Assembly: GCA_963777605.1 (NCBI GenBank)
Contig: CAVZRV010000008.1
Location: 160,001 to 224,000, forward strand
DNA: 64,000 nt
From: an uncultured Acidobacteriota bacterium
GTDB lineage: Bacteria > Acidobacteriota > UBA6911 > RPQK01 > JAPXNP01
Direction: 5' to 3'
The notes beneath the pieces were generated by a model, which was not told where the DNA came from, searched no databases, and saw only the letters and a program-made list of their open reading frames with translations. This document shows positions 1-10,865 of this stretch, in pieces; the first letter of the stretch is position 1, and every line of letters begins with the position of its first letter. Both the position numbers and the translations under genes were made by a program.

Positions 1-540
1 GTACCAGAGATAGACCGGACCGCTCTTTTGGCGAAGGAAGACCAGCGTCCACGGGGCTGACCCGGCCAGGGTCTCCAGGGAATCGACCCAGCCCCCCGCC
101 GCATAAATCAAGGTGACATCGTGCTGTTGCCTGGAAACCGAGCGGGCCTCATCGAGACTGCCTGCCATCGCCAAGGGTAGGACCTCGATCGGAAGTGAGG
201 ATTCCGAAGCGAGTTGTTTGAGCTCCAGCCCGATTCTGCGGGCCTCCTGCTCAACGTCGGCGCGGGTGTGGAGCCCTCCCCAGGGCCTCCAGCTGGTCCC
301 CTCCCGCCGTTCCGACAACTGGTAGACAAGAACGGGAAGGACCTTCAGGGACTGGGCCGGGATCATGGCTGCTCCAGGGGCCTGGATTGCCTTTGCCTTC
401 CCAAGGCCCCCACTGGTCAATGCAACGCCGACGGCTCCTGCACCAACCATGAAATCCCGGCGATTCAGCGGGGACTGAGTTGAGTGATGGTTGCCGGCCC
501 GGCAACAACAGCTATGCGGTCGAAGCAATCTGGACTGCAT
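1..540 (-). CDS. Tat-signal sugar isomerase-like protein (L-fucose/L-arabinose isomerase family), partial; runs off the window start
   Basis: Not in the ORF track because there is no stop in the window. My translation from ATG 540: ...LNRRDFMVGAGAVG (twin-arginine)...LKVLPVLVYQLSERREGTSWRPWGGLHT...VTLIYAAGG...FLRQKSGPVYLWY, typical of Tat-exported sugar isomerase homologues. Confidence 0.65.
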   Translation of the reverse strand, partial: MQSRLLRPHSCCCRAGNHHSTQSPLNRRDFMVGAGAVGVALTSGGLGKAKAIQAPGAAMIPAQSLKVLPVLVYQLSERREGTSWRPWGGLHTRADVEQEARRIGLELKQLASESSLPIEVLPLAMAGSLDEARSVSRQQHDVTLIYAAGGWVDSLETLAGSAPWTLVFLRQKSGPVYLWY

Positions 541-617
541 CGTCTTCGTCCTCCTTCGAAAACTGAAACGATGCAGTCCATCTTACCGAACAGGGGTAGA
601 AAAGGAACGGCGAAAGT

Positions 618-1613
618 TTATTTTTCCTTAAAGCCGGCTGGAATGGCCGCGGCGTCGGCGGGCACGGAGGTCGAAACCGACAACAGCTCGTTGTTCACCG
701 TCATCACGTTCTTTCGCCCGGACGCGTCACCCTCTCCGTTATCATCCGACTTTTTCTTGCCCAACTTCTTGGCGAGGCCGCCGAACATCCCGCCGAAGCC
801 GCTGGGAGCTTCCTCCTCCTGCTTCTCCATTTTCTCGGCCTCCTCCTTGGAAGGAACCGTCTCCACGGTCATTGTCGTGAGAACCGGGGTCCCGTCCATG
901 TTGACCTCTTCGTCGCGGAACTTGCCCATCAGGCTCTGCATCCCCGGGTAAAGCGCGGCCATCGCCGCAATCTGCTGGTTCGCAGTCGCGGCTTCCGTTC
1001 CGAACAGCTTCTCGGCGTATTTCCGGTTGAATTCGTTGATCTCGTCGGCGCCACTGATCTTGTCGGTCAACCAGATATTGGAGGTCATGACCATTCCGCC
1101 GCCCTCCTCGAGGGTCTTGCCCTTCTGGTGCGACGTTATCGTCATCACCACCTCTCGAGTGTTGAATCCGTTGATGGTCTTCTTGTTTGCGGTCTCTTCC
1201 AGTTTCACATCGACTTCGTATTCGGGCCCTTTGCCTTCTTCCTCTGGTTCCGCCTGTGACTCCTGCGACATCCCCTCCATCTGCTCGCTGGCTTCCTCCA
1301 TCTGCTTGCGCAACTCGTCGAAGGTCACAACCTGGTAACGCTTCTTCTTCCAGTCCACCTGGTAGATCTTCCCTTCATCCAGATCGATGATTTCCCCGGT
1401 ATTCTCGGTCCGGCTCAGCTTGCGGTTACCAACCACGATCTCGGTAGTGACCACTCCCTCTTTGGCGGCCTTTCCACCGAACATGCCGAACATCTTCCCC
1501 ATGAGCCCGGAAAACTTGATCTGATTCTTATTCTTCACCTCAACGTTGGCCTGAACCGACAGCGTCTGGACAAGGGCCAGCAACAAGCCACACAGAAACA
1601 GTCTCGTCTTCAT
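618..1613 (-). CDS. Secreted conserved hypothetical protein (DUF4412/LolA-like beta-rich)
   Basis: 331 aa ORF, Sec signal peptide (MKTRLFLCGLLLALVQTLSVQA), GGGAG RBS, motifs IIDLD..KIY and KKTINGFNTRE. Confidence 0.7.
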   Translation of the reverse strand: MKTRLFLCGLLLALVQTLSVQANVEVKNKNQIKFSGLMGKMFGMFGGKAAKEGVVTTEIVVGNRKLSRTENTGEIIDLDEGKIYQVDWKKKRYQVVTFDELRKQMEEASEQMEGMSQESQAEPEEEGKGPEYEVDVKLEETANKKTINGFNTREVVMTITSHQKGKTLEEGGGMVMTSNIWLTDKISGADEINEFNRKYAEKLFGTEAATANQQIAAMAALYPGMQSLMGKFRDEEVNMDGTPVLTTMTVETVPSKEEAEKMEKQEEEAPSGFGGMFGGLAKKLGKKKSDDNGEGDASGRKNVMTVNNELLSVSTSVPADAAAIPAGFKEK

Positions 1614-1907
1614 AATTCCACTCCCAATTTCGCCCCTGCGAGCGTTCAGTTTAGGACTTAAACCAGGTGTTGATCCCTGACGCCCGATTCGCAGGGGACA
1701 ACACCGGAACCTATATTCTCCATCAATCGGGCTCTCGTCTCAAAGTGGACCAGAAATTGTGGGGGCGCCAGAATGCAGCCGAAATGGTCTCCGGAAGCCC
1801 TGGCCACGTTCGAGCAGTTCCTCAAGACCAACACGGGAATGAATTACTCCAGCGCCAGAGGCATCGTCGATCAATTGAAAACCCAGTTGAAATAACCTGC
1901 GGGGCTA

Positions 1908-2996
1908 CTAATCCGCGAACGACTCTTCGAGAGTGCGAAAGCGGTGTCGGGTGGCCAGGCATTGCACCTCGCACCATGGCCCCATGGCTCCCGTCGTGGT
2001 GAGTGCGAAGAGATTGAGTGCCCCGGCGCAGACACCGGCCCGCAGCACGTCATCGAGGCTCACGCCCTGGCGAAGGGCATACAACACCCCGGCACAAAAT
2101 GCATCTCCGGCCCCCGCCGTGCCCACCACCAGATGCCGGTCGAGGTCCAGGGAGGGCTGCATCAGAGCCCGTCCCCGGGCCGTGAAGGCATAAGCTCCCT
2201 CGGGGAAGTGAACGACCAGCAATCGACGCAACCCTGCATCGAAAACCTGCGCAGCCATCGCTTCGAGCGAGCGAAGAGACGGCTTTCCCTGCCGTCTCAG
2301 ACTAATGCCGGTAAGTTTTTCTGCCTCGAAGTCGTTGCAGAAGAGAATGTCGGAATAGCGGAGAGCAGGGTAGACGATGTCAGCGAAGTCAGGGCGATCG
2401 AGCGATACGAGATCAATCGAAGTGTGCATCCCGCGATCCAGGAGTTCGTGGAGGAAACGGGCGCTGATGCGGCCAAACCCCGCATCCGGCTGGTCCAGGC
2501 GGTCAAACAACGTCAGGTAACCGAGGTGAAACAGCCAGACATCGAGTTGCGCGAAGTCCAGAACATCCATATCGAACAGCCGGTTTGCCCCGTTGAAACT
2601 GAAAAAGGTCCGGCTCTTCCCTCCCCGGACCGTGTACGCGTCAGTGTAGGCCGTTCGCTCCTCCGCCGACCTGTGGAGAAACCGGGTGCCAATGTTCGGA
2701 TACTCGTCGCATTCCCGGACGACGTAATCTCCATTCTCGTCATCACCGATCACTCCAGCGGCAACGAGCGGCAATGCAGAATCAAACTTTGCCAGATCAA
2801 TGATCACGTTATAAGCACATCCACCACTTCCGATCGTTTCATCTTCGATTATTGCAAGCGAGTTCTCCTCGGGGAAGTGGTCAATTACCTTGGTTCGGTC
2901 CACCACCCAGTGTCCTCCACAAGCGATTCCGCGTCCCGCAGGGTCCTTCAGTTCCAGTTCCAGCAATCCCGATCGAACCATCTCTGTATCTGCCAC
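1908..2996 (-). CDS. PfkB family carbohydrate kinase
   Basis: GSGGCAYNV, GVIGDDENG, and the anion-hole motif VGTAGAGDAFCAG. Confidence 0.9.
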   Translation of the reverse strand: MADTEMVRSGLLELELKDPAGRGIACGGHWVVDRTKVIDHFPEENSLAIIEDETIGSGGCAYNVIIDLAKFDSALPLVAAGVIGDDENGDYVVRECDEYPNIGTRFLHRSAEERTAYTDAYTVRGGKSRTFFSFNGANRLFDMDVLDFAQLDVWLFHLGYLTLFDRLDQPDAGFGRISARFLHELLDRGMHTSIDLVSLDRPDFADIVYPALRYSDILFCNDFEAEKLTGISLRRQGKPSLRSLEAMAAQVFDAGLRRLLVVHFPEGAYAFTARGRALMQPSLDLDRHLVVGTAGAGDAFCAGVLYALRQGVSLDDVLRAGVCAGALNLFALTTTGAMGPWCEVQCLATRHRFRTLEESFAD

Positions 2997-3216
2997 CGAC
3001 AGAAAATATCCCTCTTAACGCGATCGAGCAAGTGCCACTTTCGAGTCTTCCATTCCGTAAAAGGACATTGTTTTGTGGTAGGGTGCTTGAACGAGAGGGA
3101 ACTATCGACTGGATCTCCTGGTTCCCCTGCAATTGCGGTCTCTGAGGCTCAATGAACCGCTGAATGAACAGAACAGCGCCGGGCACTTCGAGCCTCGCTG
3201 TCCGGGCTAGTGCATC

Positions 3217-4479
3217 ATGACTGTCGAGAAGCTTACCCGTAGAAACGTGGCGGTGCGTCTCTTGAGAACGGGTGCGGGATTTATCGTCGCGTTCACCTCT
3301 TTTCCGGACCGCGCCTCCGCGGTTGCACTAAACATCGAGAACCACTACAGCCCTCGGGATAGGGTTCGCCCGCTCCGGCCCGAGACCCGCTATATCGTTC
3401 TTCACACAACGGAAGGTGGAGACGCAGGGTCTCTTCGCAAGGTCTGGAAAAGGGGCGAGACCCACTACCTGGTGGCACGCAATGGCAGGGTCTATCGGAT
3501 TGTCCATCGGTCGCGGATTGCGACCCACGCCGGCCGCAGCATGTGGGAAGGGCGTGGCCCCATCGACAACTACTCAATCGGTATCGAAGTAGTCGGCTAT
3601 CACGACAAGGACATTACAGCCGATCAGTACGGCTCGCTCCGCGAGCTGCTGCGACAACTCAAGCATCTCTACAAGGTCTCCGACAAAGCCGTTTTAACCC
3701 ACTCGATGGTCGCTTACGGGCGCCCCAATCGCTTTCACCCGTACAACCATCGGGGACGAAAGCGGTGCGGGATGATTTTTGCCCGGCCGGACGTTCGGAA
3801 ACGGCTCGGACTCGAGGGGCGTCCAAAGATCGACCTTGACGTGAAATCAGGGCGCCTCAAGGTTGCCGACGCCGAACTGCAGCGGTACCTGTACCAACCC
3901 GGCGCGACGCCGACAGTTACAACGGTCGTCGCCGCCGGCGACACCAATGTCATCGACCGTGGTCGAACAGCCTGGGATATCGCCCGGGATCAATACAACA
4001 GTCCGGATACGGTCTACGTACTGCCGGGAGGCGAGCGCCTATCCGGCGACGAAGTTACCGACTGGGGGCGAATTCCGCCAGGCACCCAGGTCCTCGTCGG
4101 CGAAGAGGACTCCAATGGGTTCGAGGGCTTCATCAAAGCCTCCGCAGGTGACAGTGCCAGGTCTATCGCTGGTGAAGCGTTCGCCGACAAGACGACGATT
4201 TACCTCTTCCCGAGCGGCATGGTGAGAACCGGCTCAGATCTACGGCAAAGCCCGTCCCGGCGCAAATTGCTCGAAAACCTTCCACTCGGAACCCGGGTGC
4301 TTGTCGGCTATGTCTACGGAGGTCACGTCAAGAGCAATCGCTTGCCTGCCCGTATCGCCGGAAAGAAGTGGAACTATCCCTCGACCTTCTATCGCCTGCC
4401 CGACGGCCGCATCCTCAGCGGTGAAGAAATCAATGCTCAGCAACTCCCAGCCAACACGCTGGTGCTGTTTCAGTCCTAG
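3217..4479 (+). CDS. N-acetylmuramoyl-L-alanine amidase (Amidase_2) with three C-terminal repeats
   Basis: YIVLHTTEG, THYLV..NG, ATHAG, NYSIGIEVVG, VLTHS, KRCG; N-terminal export signal. Confidence 0.85.
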   Translation: MTVEKLTRRNVAVRLLRTGAGFIVAFTSFPDRASAVALNIENHYSPRDRVRPLRPETRYIVLHTTEGGDAGSLRKVWKRGETHYLVARNGRVYRIVHRSRIATHAGRSMWEGRGPIDNYSIGIEVVGYHDKDITADQYGSLRELLRQLKHLYKVSDKAVLTHSMVAYGRPNRFHPYNHRGRKRCGMIFARPDVRKRLGLEGRPKIDLDVKSGRLKVADAELQRYLYQPGATPTVTTVVAAGDTNVIDRGRTAWDIARDQYNSPDTVYVLPGGERLSGDEVTDWGRIPPGTQVLVGEEDSNGFEGFIKASAGDSARSIAGEAFADKTTIYLFPSGMVRTGSDLRQSPSRRKLLENLPLGTRVLVGYVYGGHVKSNRLPARIAGKKWNYPSTFYRLPDGRILSGEEINAQQLPANTLVLFQS

Positions 4480-4562
4480 GGAAGAAGGATTTGAAGAATC
4501 GAGTCTGCGGACAGTAAGCAACTCACTGCGGAAGCCAGTGTTCCGGGTTCAGGCTGATAAAC

Positions 4563-5219
4563 TCAATCGGATTCTTCCAGTTGGCCCTCGCGGATTTTTC
4601 TCTGGAGCCCCAGTCGAACCACTTGCGGGAGCGAGTCCACTCCGAGCTTCTTTCGGATCCGCTCGCCATAGACGTAGACGGTCTTGGTGGCGATTCCCAA
4701 CTCGTGGGCAATTTCCTTCGGCGAGGCGCCGTCCACCAGGCGATCGAACACGGACCGCTCGCGGTCGGTCAGGTTTGCGACCGGGTCTTCTTCGGGACCA
4801 TCCTGAATGAGTTGCACCAGGGACGTACCCAGAAGCGGGCTGAGATAGAATTCACCGGCCAGAATCCGCCGGACGGCAAGAAGGAGTTCATCGAAGGTGG
4901 CATGTTTGGGAACGTAGCCCCGAACGCCGGCCCGAATCGTTTCGGCAACGAACCTCTTTTCGAGGTGAACGGAAAGTATCAGAACCGCGACTTCCGGGTG
5001 ATCGCGTTTGATCTGGCGACTTACACTGATCCCGTCGAGACCTGGAAGATCGAGATCCATCACAATCAGGTCCGGCACTACAGCGTCGCACAATTCGAGT
5101 GCAGCGGTCCCGGAAGTGGCCGTTCCCACCACCTCAAGGTCATCCTGTTGATTCATCATCCGGGCAAGCACGTCTCGAATGATCCCGTGGTCATCGACAA
5201 TCAGCAGGCGTGATTTCAT
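4563..5219 (-). CDS. NarL/LuxR family response regulator
   Basis: LIVDDH, MDLDLPGLDG, YVPK, and HTH LTDRERSV...KEIAHELGIATKTV. Confidence 0.93.
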   Translation of the reverse strand: MKSRLLIVDDHGIIRDVLARMMNQQDDLEVVGTATSGTAALELCDAVVPDLIVMDLDLPGLDGISVSRQIKRDHPEVAVLILSVHLEKRFVAETIRAGVRGYVPKHATFDELLLAVRRILAGEFYLSPLLGTSLVQLIQDGPEEDPVANLTDRERSVFDRLVDGASPKEIAHELGIATKTVYVYGERIRKKLGVDSLPQVVRLGLQRKIREGQLEESD

Positions 5220-5236
5220 GGTTTCCTCTTAGCATT

Positions 5237-5292
5237 CTACAGCTGACTACAGCTGACTCGATCTGCCAGTCATATTCAGCCACCAAGTCAGC
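5237..5292. promoter_or_regulatory. Direct repeat (CTACAGCTGA)x2 plus an inverted half-site in the divergent regulator/MCP promoter region
   Basis: ctacagctga at 5237-5246 and 5247-5256; agtcagc at 5286-5292 is the reverse complement of gctgact. Confidence 0.35.
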
Positions 5293-5545
5293 ATAGCAAA
5301 CTGAGTTACCAACTACGACCGGCCACATTTATTCCTATCAAAGGCGCAGGAATGCTGGCAGAGTCGATGCGGAGTTCCTCCAATGCTGCCTGAAAGGATT
5401 CTCGTCGATATTGATAACGTCAAGACAAAAAAAGGGGTTTGAAACGATATTAGAAAAAATTTAGGGGCTTGGCTGTAAAGGTCGAACTGGAACCAAGCCA
5501 ATTTCCCCAAGGTTACCAACTTCTCGACGCATTCGGAGGATCCCA

Positions 5546-7678
5546 ATGAAGTGGTTCTACAACCTGAAGATTGCCAAGAAACTCTTGTTCGCCTTTACCG
5601 TCGTGGTTCTGGCCACCGGTGCAGTCGCCTACATCGGCTGGTCCGAGGTAACTGCCGGCTCGGAGAGATCTACCACCATGTACGTGGACCGGCTGTCGGC
5701 GATTCGCGACCTCGGATACGCCAATGCCGCGTTTCTGATTGCACGCGGGGAGACCTTCAATCTCGTCATGCGCGACGACTTGGCGGCAATGCAGGCTTCG
5801 GCAAAGGTCATCGAGGAAGAGAGCGCCAGGCTTGACTCCTACATGGAGTCATACGCCAAGACTTCTCTCGTTCCGGAAGAAGAGGCCTTGCTCGCCAAGT
5901 TCCAGGACGCGTGGAAGAATTACGTGCCGAAACGCGCCCAGGCGGTGGCACTGGCCCTGAAGCATCAAAACGAGGAAGCCCTCTCGATCCTTGATGGGGA
6001 GGCCAGGTCACTCCAGCAGACCGCCCGCGAGAGTCTAAGGGCACTGATTGACCTCAACGCCAAGATCGCCGAGCAGTTGGACACTGAGGGCGACGCTGCC
6101 GCCGCCCAGGCGAACTCCCTGCTCCTGATCATTTCTTTCCTGGCCCTTGGTGCCGCGGTTGGACTTGGGGTCCTGCTGACCCAGGCGATTGCCAAGCCGC
6201 TTCAGCACGTCGTCGAAATGATCCAGGAACTGGGCAATGGACACCTCGGACGTCGCCTCAACCTGAGCCGCAAGGACGAAATCGGAGTCATGAGCGACGC
6301 CATGGACAGCTTCTCTGACGATCTCCAGACTCACGTCGTCGGAGCCATGCAGCGCATCGCTGAAGGGGATCTCACGGTTTCCGTGCCAGCCAAGGACTCG
6401 GCAGACGAAATTTCGCCGGCCATCAACAAGACCGTGGCGTCCCTTCAGGGGCTGGTCGACGAAGCGGGACGCCTGAACCAGGCGTCGATCGATGGGCAGC
6501 TCTCCACCCGAGGCAAGGCCGACGCCTTCAAGGGCGGATACCGGGCCATTGTCGAAGGCATCAACCTGATGCTGGACTCGATTATGAATCCCATCAACGA
6601 AGCGGCCCAGATCCTCGACCAGGTGGCGGACCGGGATCTCTCGGTTCGAGTGCAGGGACAGTACTCGGGAGACCACGCCAAGATCAAGTCCGCGCTCAAC
6701 AAGGCCATCGAGAATCTGCATTCCGGCATGCTCAGTGTTTCCAACGGGGCGACCCAGGTGTCCTCGGCCGCCGAGCAGATCGGGACGGGAAGCCAGTCAC
6801 TGGCCCAGGGGGCGTCTGAACAGGCCAGTACGTTGGAAGAAGTCGCCGCCAGCCTGCAGGAAGTGGCCGGCATGGCCGATGCCAACTCGGCGAGCGCCCG
6901 CGAAGCCCAGTCCTTCGTACAGGAAGCCCGTACCAGTTCGGCCGACGGCGTGAAGAACATGGGTCTGCTCAGCCAGTCCATGGAAAAGATCAAGACCTCT
7001 TCGGACCAGACCGCGAAGATCGTGAAAACGATCGACGAGATCGCCTTCCAGACCAACCTCCTGGCACTGAACGCCGCCGTCGAAGCGGCCCGGGCCGGGG
7101 AAGCCGGGAAGGGCTTTGCGGTGGTGGCCGAGGAAGTCCGAAACCTCGCCATTCGAAGCGCGGAAGCGGCCAAGAACACGTCTGCGCTGATCGAAGAGGC
7201 CGTTCGCAACGCCGAAGACGGTTTCCAGCGCAACACGCAGGTGCTGGCGCAGTTGGAGGAAATCGCCCGCAAGATCGAATCGGTTGAAGCGGCAATGAAC
7301 GAGGTCACGGTTGCATCCGAACAGCAGAGCAGCGGAATCAAGGAAGTCAACACCGCCATCGAACAGATGAATCAGATCACCCAACAGTCCGCCGCCAACG
7401 CCGAAGAATCGGCCAGCGCAGCCGAAGAACTCTCCAGCCAGGCCCAGCAGATGCAGGAACTGGTCGGCAGCTTCCGGCTCGACCGCGCCAACGGCAGCGC
7501 ATCCCCCCACGAATACGTGAAATCCGCTGCCAGGGCCAAACCCGCTGCCCCGGCAGGCCGTCCGTTCGAGGCGCGCCACCAGCAGGCTCGTCCCAACGGC
7601 AAGAGCAAGCACGGCACCAAGCCGCCTGAATTCAACCTCCCGTCGCTTCCAGATGATTCGTCCCTCGCGGACTTCTAG
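5546..7678 (+). CDS. Methyl-accepting chemotaxis protein (four-helix-bundle sensor, HAMP domains, MCP signal domain)
   Basis: Two TM helices flanking [12 protein letters not shown]; HAMP RKDEIG; [37 protein letters not shown]; GGAGG RBS. Confidence 0.96.
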   Translation: MKWFYNLKIAKKLLFAFTVVVLATGAVAYIGWSEVTAGSERSTTMYVDRLSAIRDLGYANAAFLIARGETFNLVMRDDLAAMQASAKVIEEESARLDSYMESYAKTSLVPEEEALLAKFQDAWKNYVPKRAQAVALALKHQNEEALSILDGEARSLQQTARESLRALIDLNAKIAEQLDTEGDAAAAQANSLLLIISFLALGAAVGLGVLLTQAIAKPLQHVVEMIQELGNGHLGRRLNLSRKDEIGVMSDAMDSFSDDLQTHVVGAMQRIAEGDLTVSVPAKDSADEISPAINKTVASLQGLVDEAGRLNQASIDGQLSTRGKADAFKGGYRAIVEGINLMLDSIMNPINEAAQILDQVADRDLSVRVQGQYSGDHAKIKSALNKAIENLHSGMLSVSNGATQVSSAAEQIGTGSQSLAQGASEQASTLEEVAASLQEVAGMADANSASAREAQSFVQEARTSSADGVKNMGLLSQSMEKIKTSSDQTAKIVKTIDEIAFQTNLLALNAAVEAARAGEAGKGFAVVAEEVRNLAIRSAEAAKNTSALIEEAVRNAEDGFQRNTQVLAQLEEIARKIESVEAAMNEVTVASEQQSSGIKEVNTAIEQMNQITQQSAANAEESASAAEELSSQAQQMQELVGSFRLDRANGSASPHEYVKSAARAKPAAPAGRPFEARHQQARPNGKSKHGTKPPEFNLPSLPDDSSLADF

Positions 7679-7692
7679 TCTCCCCAATCCAG

Positions 7693-7730
7693 AGAGGGAG
7701 GGCCGGAACGGCCCTCCCTCTTTCCTTTTC
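7693..7730 (+). terminator. Rho-independent terminator after the MCP gene
   Basis: 13-bp stem agagggagggccg/cggccctccctct followed by ttccttttc. Confidence 0.8.
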
Positions 7731-7798
7731 TGCTCCCCCGGTTACCCGCCACGCGTTCTGTGCTACGATGTCCTTCGTTTTCAGATCTAACCCACGCC

Positions 7799-8290
7799 AT
7801 GGGAAGATTCAGTTTCACTTCTCGACTTGATGAAGAGCATCGTGACGACCTTGAGTCGTTGCTCTACTTCAACCCTGAGCAGATAGAGGTAGTCGATCAG
7901 ATTGAGAAGACGATCGGCGAATGGGGAACCCCTGAGATCATAACCGAGGCGGGCCACCTCAAAATCAGTATGAGCTCAGGCCCTCAAATCCAGGCGCTGT
8001 ACGCGATTGACGGCGCCGATGCGCGACCGAAACTGGCCGGCCTGGTGATTTTCACCCGGAAAGATACAGAGAACCTCGAACTCCTCCACATGGCCGTCTC
8101 TGTCGGCTATTCAGCTAAAGGTGCGCATGGGGACGAAAACCTCGCTCTGAGCATGCTCTGCAGAGTTAGGGACGTAGCCCGCAGACTTCGGGGCGTTCGC
8201 CATATCATCCTTCACTATCGGGGAGGCCTGGCGATTCCTGTTCAACTCAACCGCGACGGGCTCCGGGTCCGGTTTGAAGAAGTTCCCTGA
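7799..8290 (+). CDS. Hypothetical protein, possible GNAT-like fold
   Basis: 163 aa from ATG 7799; LAGLVIF..LELLHMAV..YSAKG resembles GNAT motif A. Confidence 0.6.
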   Translation: MGRFSFTSRLDEEHRDDLESLLYFNPEQIEVVDQIEKTIGEWGTPEIITEAGHLKISMSSGPQIQALYAIDGADARPKLAGLVIFTRKDTENLELLHMAVSVGYSAKGAHGDENLALSMLCRVRDVARRLRGVRHIILHYRGGLAIPVQLNRDGLRVRFEEVP

Positions 8291-8522
8291 TTTTGTCTCC
8301 CGATCTGGATTCTCTGTTGTTCCCTTCTCCACCTGGGAGCCTCGCCTCCGGGCCCGCTCCAAGTTCTGCCTTCGATGGCACTCACCAAGTGCAAAAATGT
8401 CTCTCCCTGCAAACACGCCCCGGGAACAAAAGGGCGGCGGCGCTCGGGAAGATTTCTCCGAGTGATGCGCAAGTCTAACCTTATCAACCAATAACAATCG
8501 AGAACTCAATATAGTCGTGATT

Positions 8523-8538
8523 TGGAACGCCCCGTGCA
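8523..8538 (+). promoter_or_regulatory. Putative sigma-54 (-24/-12) promoter of ftsH
   Basis: TGGAACGCCCCGTGCA (GG-N10-GC); AT-rich tract upstream; palindrome ctcgggaagatttctccgag at 8443-8462. Confidence 0.55.
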
Positions 8539-8610
8539 ACGGTAGGAAAGTGGCTGCGGTCGGTGGAAGCCAACCGCTTCACAAATAGATAGAGCAGGAG
8601 CAGGGTACTC

Positions 8611-10650
8611 ATGAGTCACGTAAACAAACAGGACAACCCAAGCCCCGGGCCCGAGCTGGAGGTGCATAAGGATCCCAAGGCACCCCAGCGCGGGAACGGA
8701 CAACCCAACGGGCCCTATTCGCGTTACCCGTATGCGGGAATCCTTTACCTTCTCGCAATCGCCCTGGTGATCTACTTCCTTCAGGGCAGTTTTGGGCAGA
8801 CAACATCGAAACAGGTCCCGTATAGCCAGTTTATTTCCGAGTTGGAAGCCGGTCATTTGAGCGAGGTGAAAGTCACCGGTCAAAGCCTGGTCGGCAAGGT
8901 AAAGGCCACTAAAGATAAATCTCAGGACGCCAAGAAGAAGTCGGCGGAAGTCACCGAGACCATCACCGCAACACGTATCCCCGGGGGAGACGATCAACAA
9001 CTGATCACGACTCTCGAGGCGAATCACGTCAAGTTCAGCGGTGAGATGGAGTCGAATCCAGTCTGGCTCGACATTCTCCTCTCCTGGTTGCTGCCCATTC
9101 TGTTGCTTTACTTCCTGTTCAGCTACGGCATGCGCAAGTTGAAGCAGAACGGAGGGGTCGGGCCACTGACAATCGGCAAGAACAAGGCCAAGATTCACGA
9201 TCGGTTGAGCCAGATCCAGATCACTTTTCAGGATGTGGCCGGCGTCGATGAGGCCAAGGATGAACTTGTCGAAGTAGTCGACTTTCTAGTGCATCCGCAG
9301 CGCTACCAGCGCCTCGGTGGACGGATCCCGAAAGGGGTTCTCCTCGTGGGTCCTCCGGGAACGGGCAAGACCCTGCTTGCCCAGGCTGTCGCGGGTGAAG
9401 CCAACGTCCCCTTCTTTTCTATCTCCGGCTCCGAGTTTGTGGAAATGTTCGTTGGAGTCGGAGCAGCTCGGGTGCGGGATCTTTTTGAGCAGGCCAAGCA
9501 AAAGGCCCCCTGCATCATTTTCATAGATGAATTGGACGCGGTCGGGAAGTCACGGGCGGCCGGCCGCGGGATCATGATGAGTAACGACGAGCGTGAGCAG
9601 ACCCTGAATCAGTTGCTGGTCGAGATGGATGGTTTCGATCCCTCGAAAGGGATCATCATCATGGCCGCGACCAATACTCCGGAAGTTCTTGATCCTGCCC
9701 TCTTGAGAGCCGGACGCTTCGACCGGCACGTCGTGCTCGATCGTCCCGACCTGGCAGGTCGAGAGGCGATTCTTCGGCTGCATGCCCGAGATATCGTCCT
9801 GGCCCCAGGATCGGACCTCAAGACCATTGCTGCCCGGACGCCCGGGATGGTTGGAGCGGATCTGGCCAATGTGATCAACGAATCCGCACTCCTTGCTGCC
9901 CGGCGTGGCGCCGGCGAAGTCGCCATGCAGGACCTGGAAGAGGCGATTGACCGGGTGATGCTGGGACTCGAGAAGCGTAGTCGTGTCATGAGTGAGGATG
10001 AAAAAGGCCGGGTTGCCTACCATGAAGCGGGCCACGCACTGATCGCCCTCTCGGTAAGGCATGCCGACCCCGTGCACAGGGTTTCCATTATTCCTCGTTC
10101 GATCGGCGCCCTCGGACACGTCCTGCAGCTACCCACACAGGAACGCTTTCTCCTCACCCGTCCCGAACTGGAAGACCGCCTTGCCGTCATGCTCGGCGGA
10201 CGGGCGGCGGAAGAGATTGCATTTGACGGGATAGTCTCGACCGGGGCCTCGGACGACCTGGAGAAAGCCTCCGAGACCGCCCGCCAGATGGTTACGCGAT
10301 TCGGAATGAGTGAACGGCTGGGACAGTTGACCTACGGGCGTCCCCAGTCGCAAGACTATCTCCACTCCGGATTCAATGTGGAGGAGCGAAATTACAGTGA
10401 GGCGACCGCCGAGATTATCGACGACGAGGTCAGGCGAATCATTGAGGAGACTTACGATCGGGTCAAGAGCGTCCTGCGGTTTCGGCACGATGCGCTCGAG
10501 CACATCGCCCAGGCTTTAATTGAGACGGAAACATTGAACCACGACCAGCTCGAGAGCCTGCTGGAGGTCTCCAAGGGCTCCCGGCCCGCATCGGAAGATT
10601 CCGCCGGTCAGGAGGAGTGGTCCCATCAACTTCATCCGGTGACCACTTGA
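8611..10650 (+). CDS. ftsH: ATP-dependent zinc metalloprotease FtsH
   Basis: Two TMs, Walker A GPPGTGKT, Walker [25 protein letters not shown], zinc motif HEAGH. Confidence 0.97.
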   Translation: MSHVNKQDNPSPGPELEVHKDPKAPQRGNGQPNGPYSRYPYAGILYLLAIALVIYFLQGSFGQTTSKQVPYSQFISELEAGHLSEVKVTGQSLVGKVKATKDKSQDAKKKSAEVTETITATRIPGGDDQQLITTLEANHVKFSGEMESNPVWLDILLSWLLPILLLYFLFSYGMRKLKQNGGVGPLTIGKNKAKIHDRLSQIQITFQDVAGVDEAKDELVEVVDFLVHPQRYQRLGGRIPKGVLLVGPPGTGKTLLAQAVAGEANVPFFSISGSEFVEMFVGVGAARVRDLFEQAKQKAPCIIFIDELDAVGKSRAAGRGIMMSNDEREQTLNQLLVEMDGFDPSKGIIIMAATNTPEVLDPALLRAGRFDRHVVLDRPDLAGREAILRLHARDIVLAPGSDLKTIAARTPGMVGADLANVINESALLAARRGAGEVAMQDLEEAIDRVMLGLEKRSRVMSEDEKGRVAYHEAGHALIALSVRHADPVHRVSIIPRSIGALGHVLQLPTQERFLLTRPELEDRLAVMLGGRAAEEIAFDGIVSTGASDDLEKASETARQMVTRFGMSERLGQLTYGRPQSQDYLHSGFNVEERNYSEATAEIIDDEVRRIIEETYDRVKSVLRFRHDALEHIAQALIETETLNHDQLESLLEVSKGSRPASEDSAGQEEWSHQLHPVTT

Positions 10651-10811
10651 TGATCGCGACTGGCTCGCAGCGCACTGAGCAGAGTCCAGACTCGACTCAG
10701 GTGAGACAGCTTTGCAGCCCGCTGCAAGAGTGCCTCGAAACAGTGTCGCAGGCGCTGCCCGGGTTTTCAAATAAAGGACTTAAATACAACGATTTGCGAG
10801 ATGCTAAGTTT

Positions 10812-10827
10812 TGGAATGGCTCTTGCG
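10812..10827 (+). promoter_or_regulatory. Putative sigma-54 promoter
   Basis: TGGAATGGCTCTTGCG (GG-N10-GC); IHF-like AT-rich site at about 10765-10796; palindrome ttgcagc-cc-gctgcaa at 10712-10727. Confidence 0.6.
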
Positions 10828-10865
10828 ATACGAACAGAGCAAACACACATAAGGAGAAATTACCA

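Noticed and set aside
5280-5545. Possible c-di-GMP riboswitch or sigma-28 promoter upstream of the MCP
   Set aside because: No GEMM consensus, and the TAAA/GCCGATAA-like boxes have the wrong spacing
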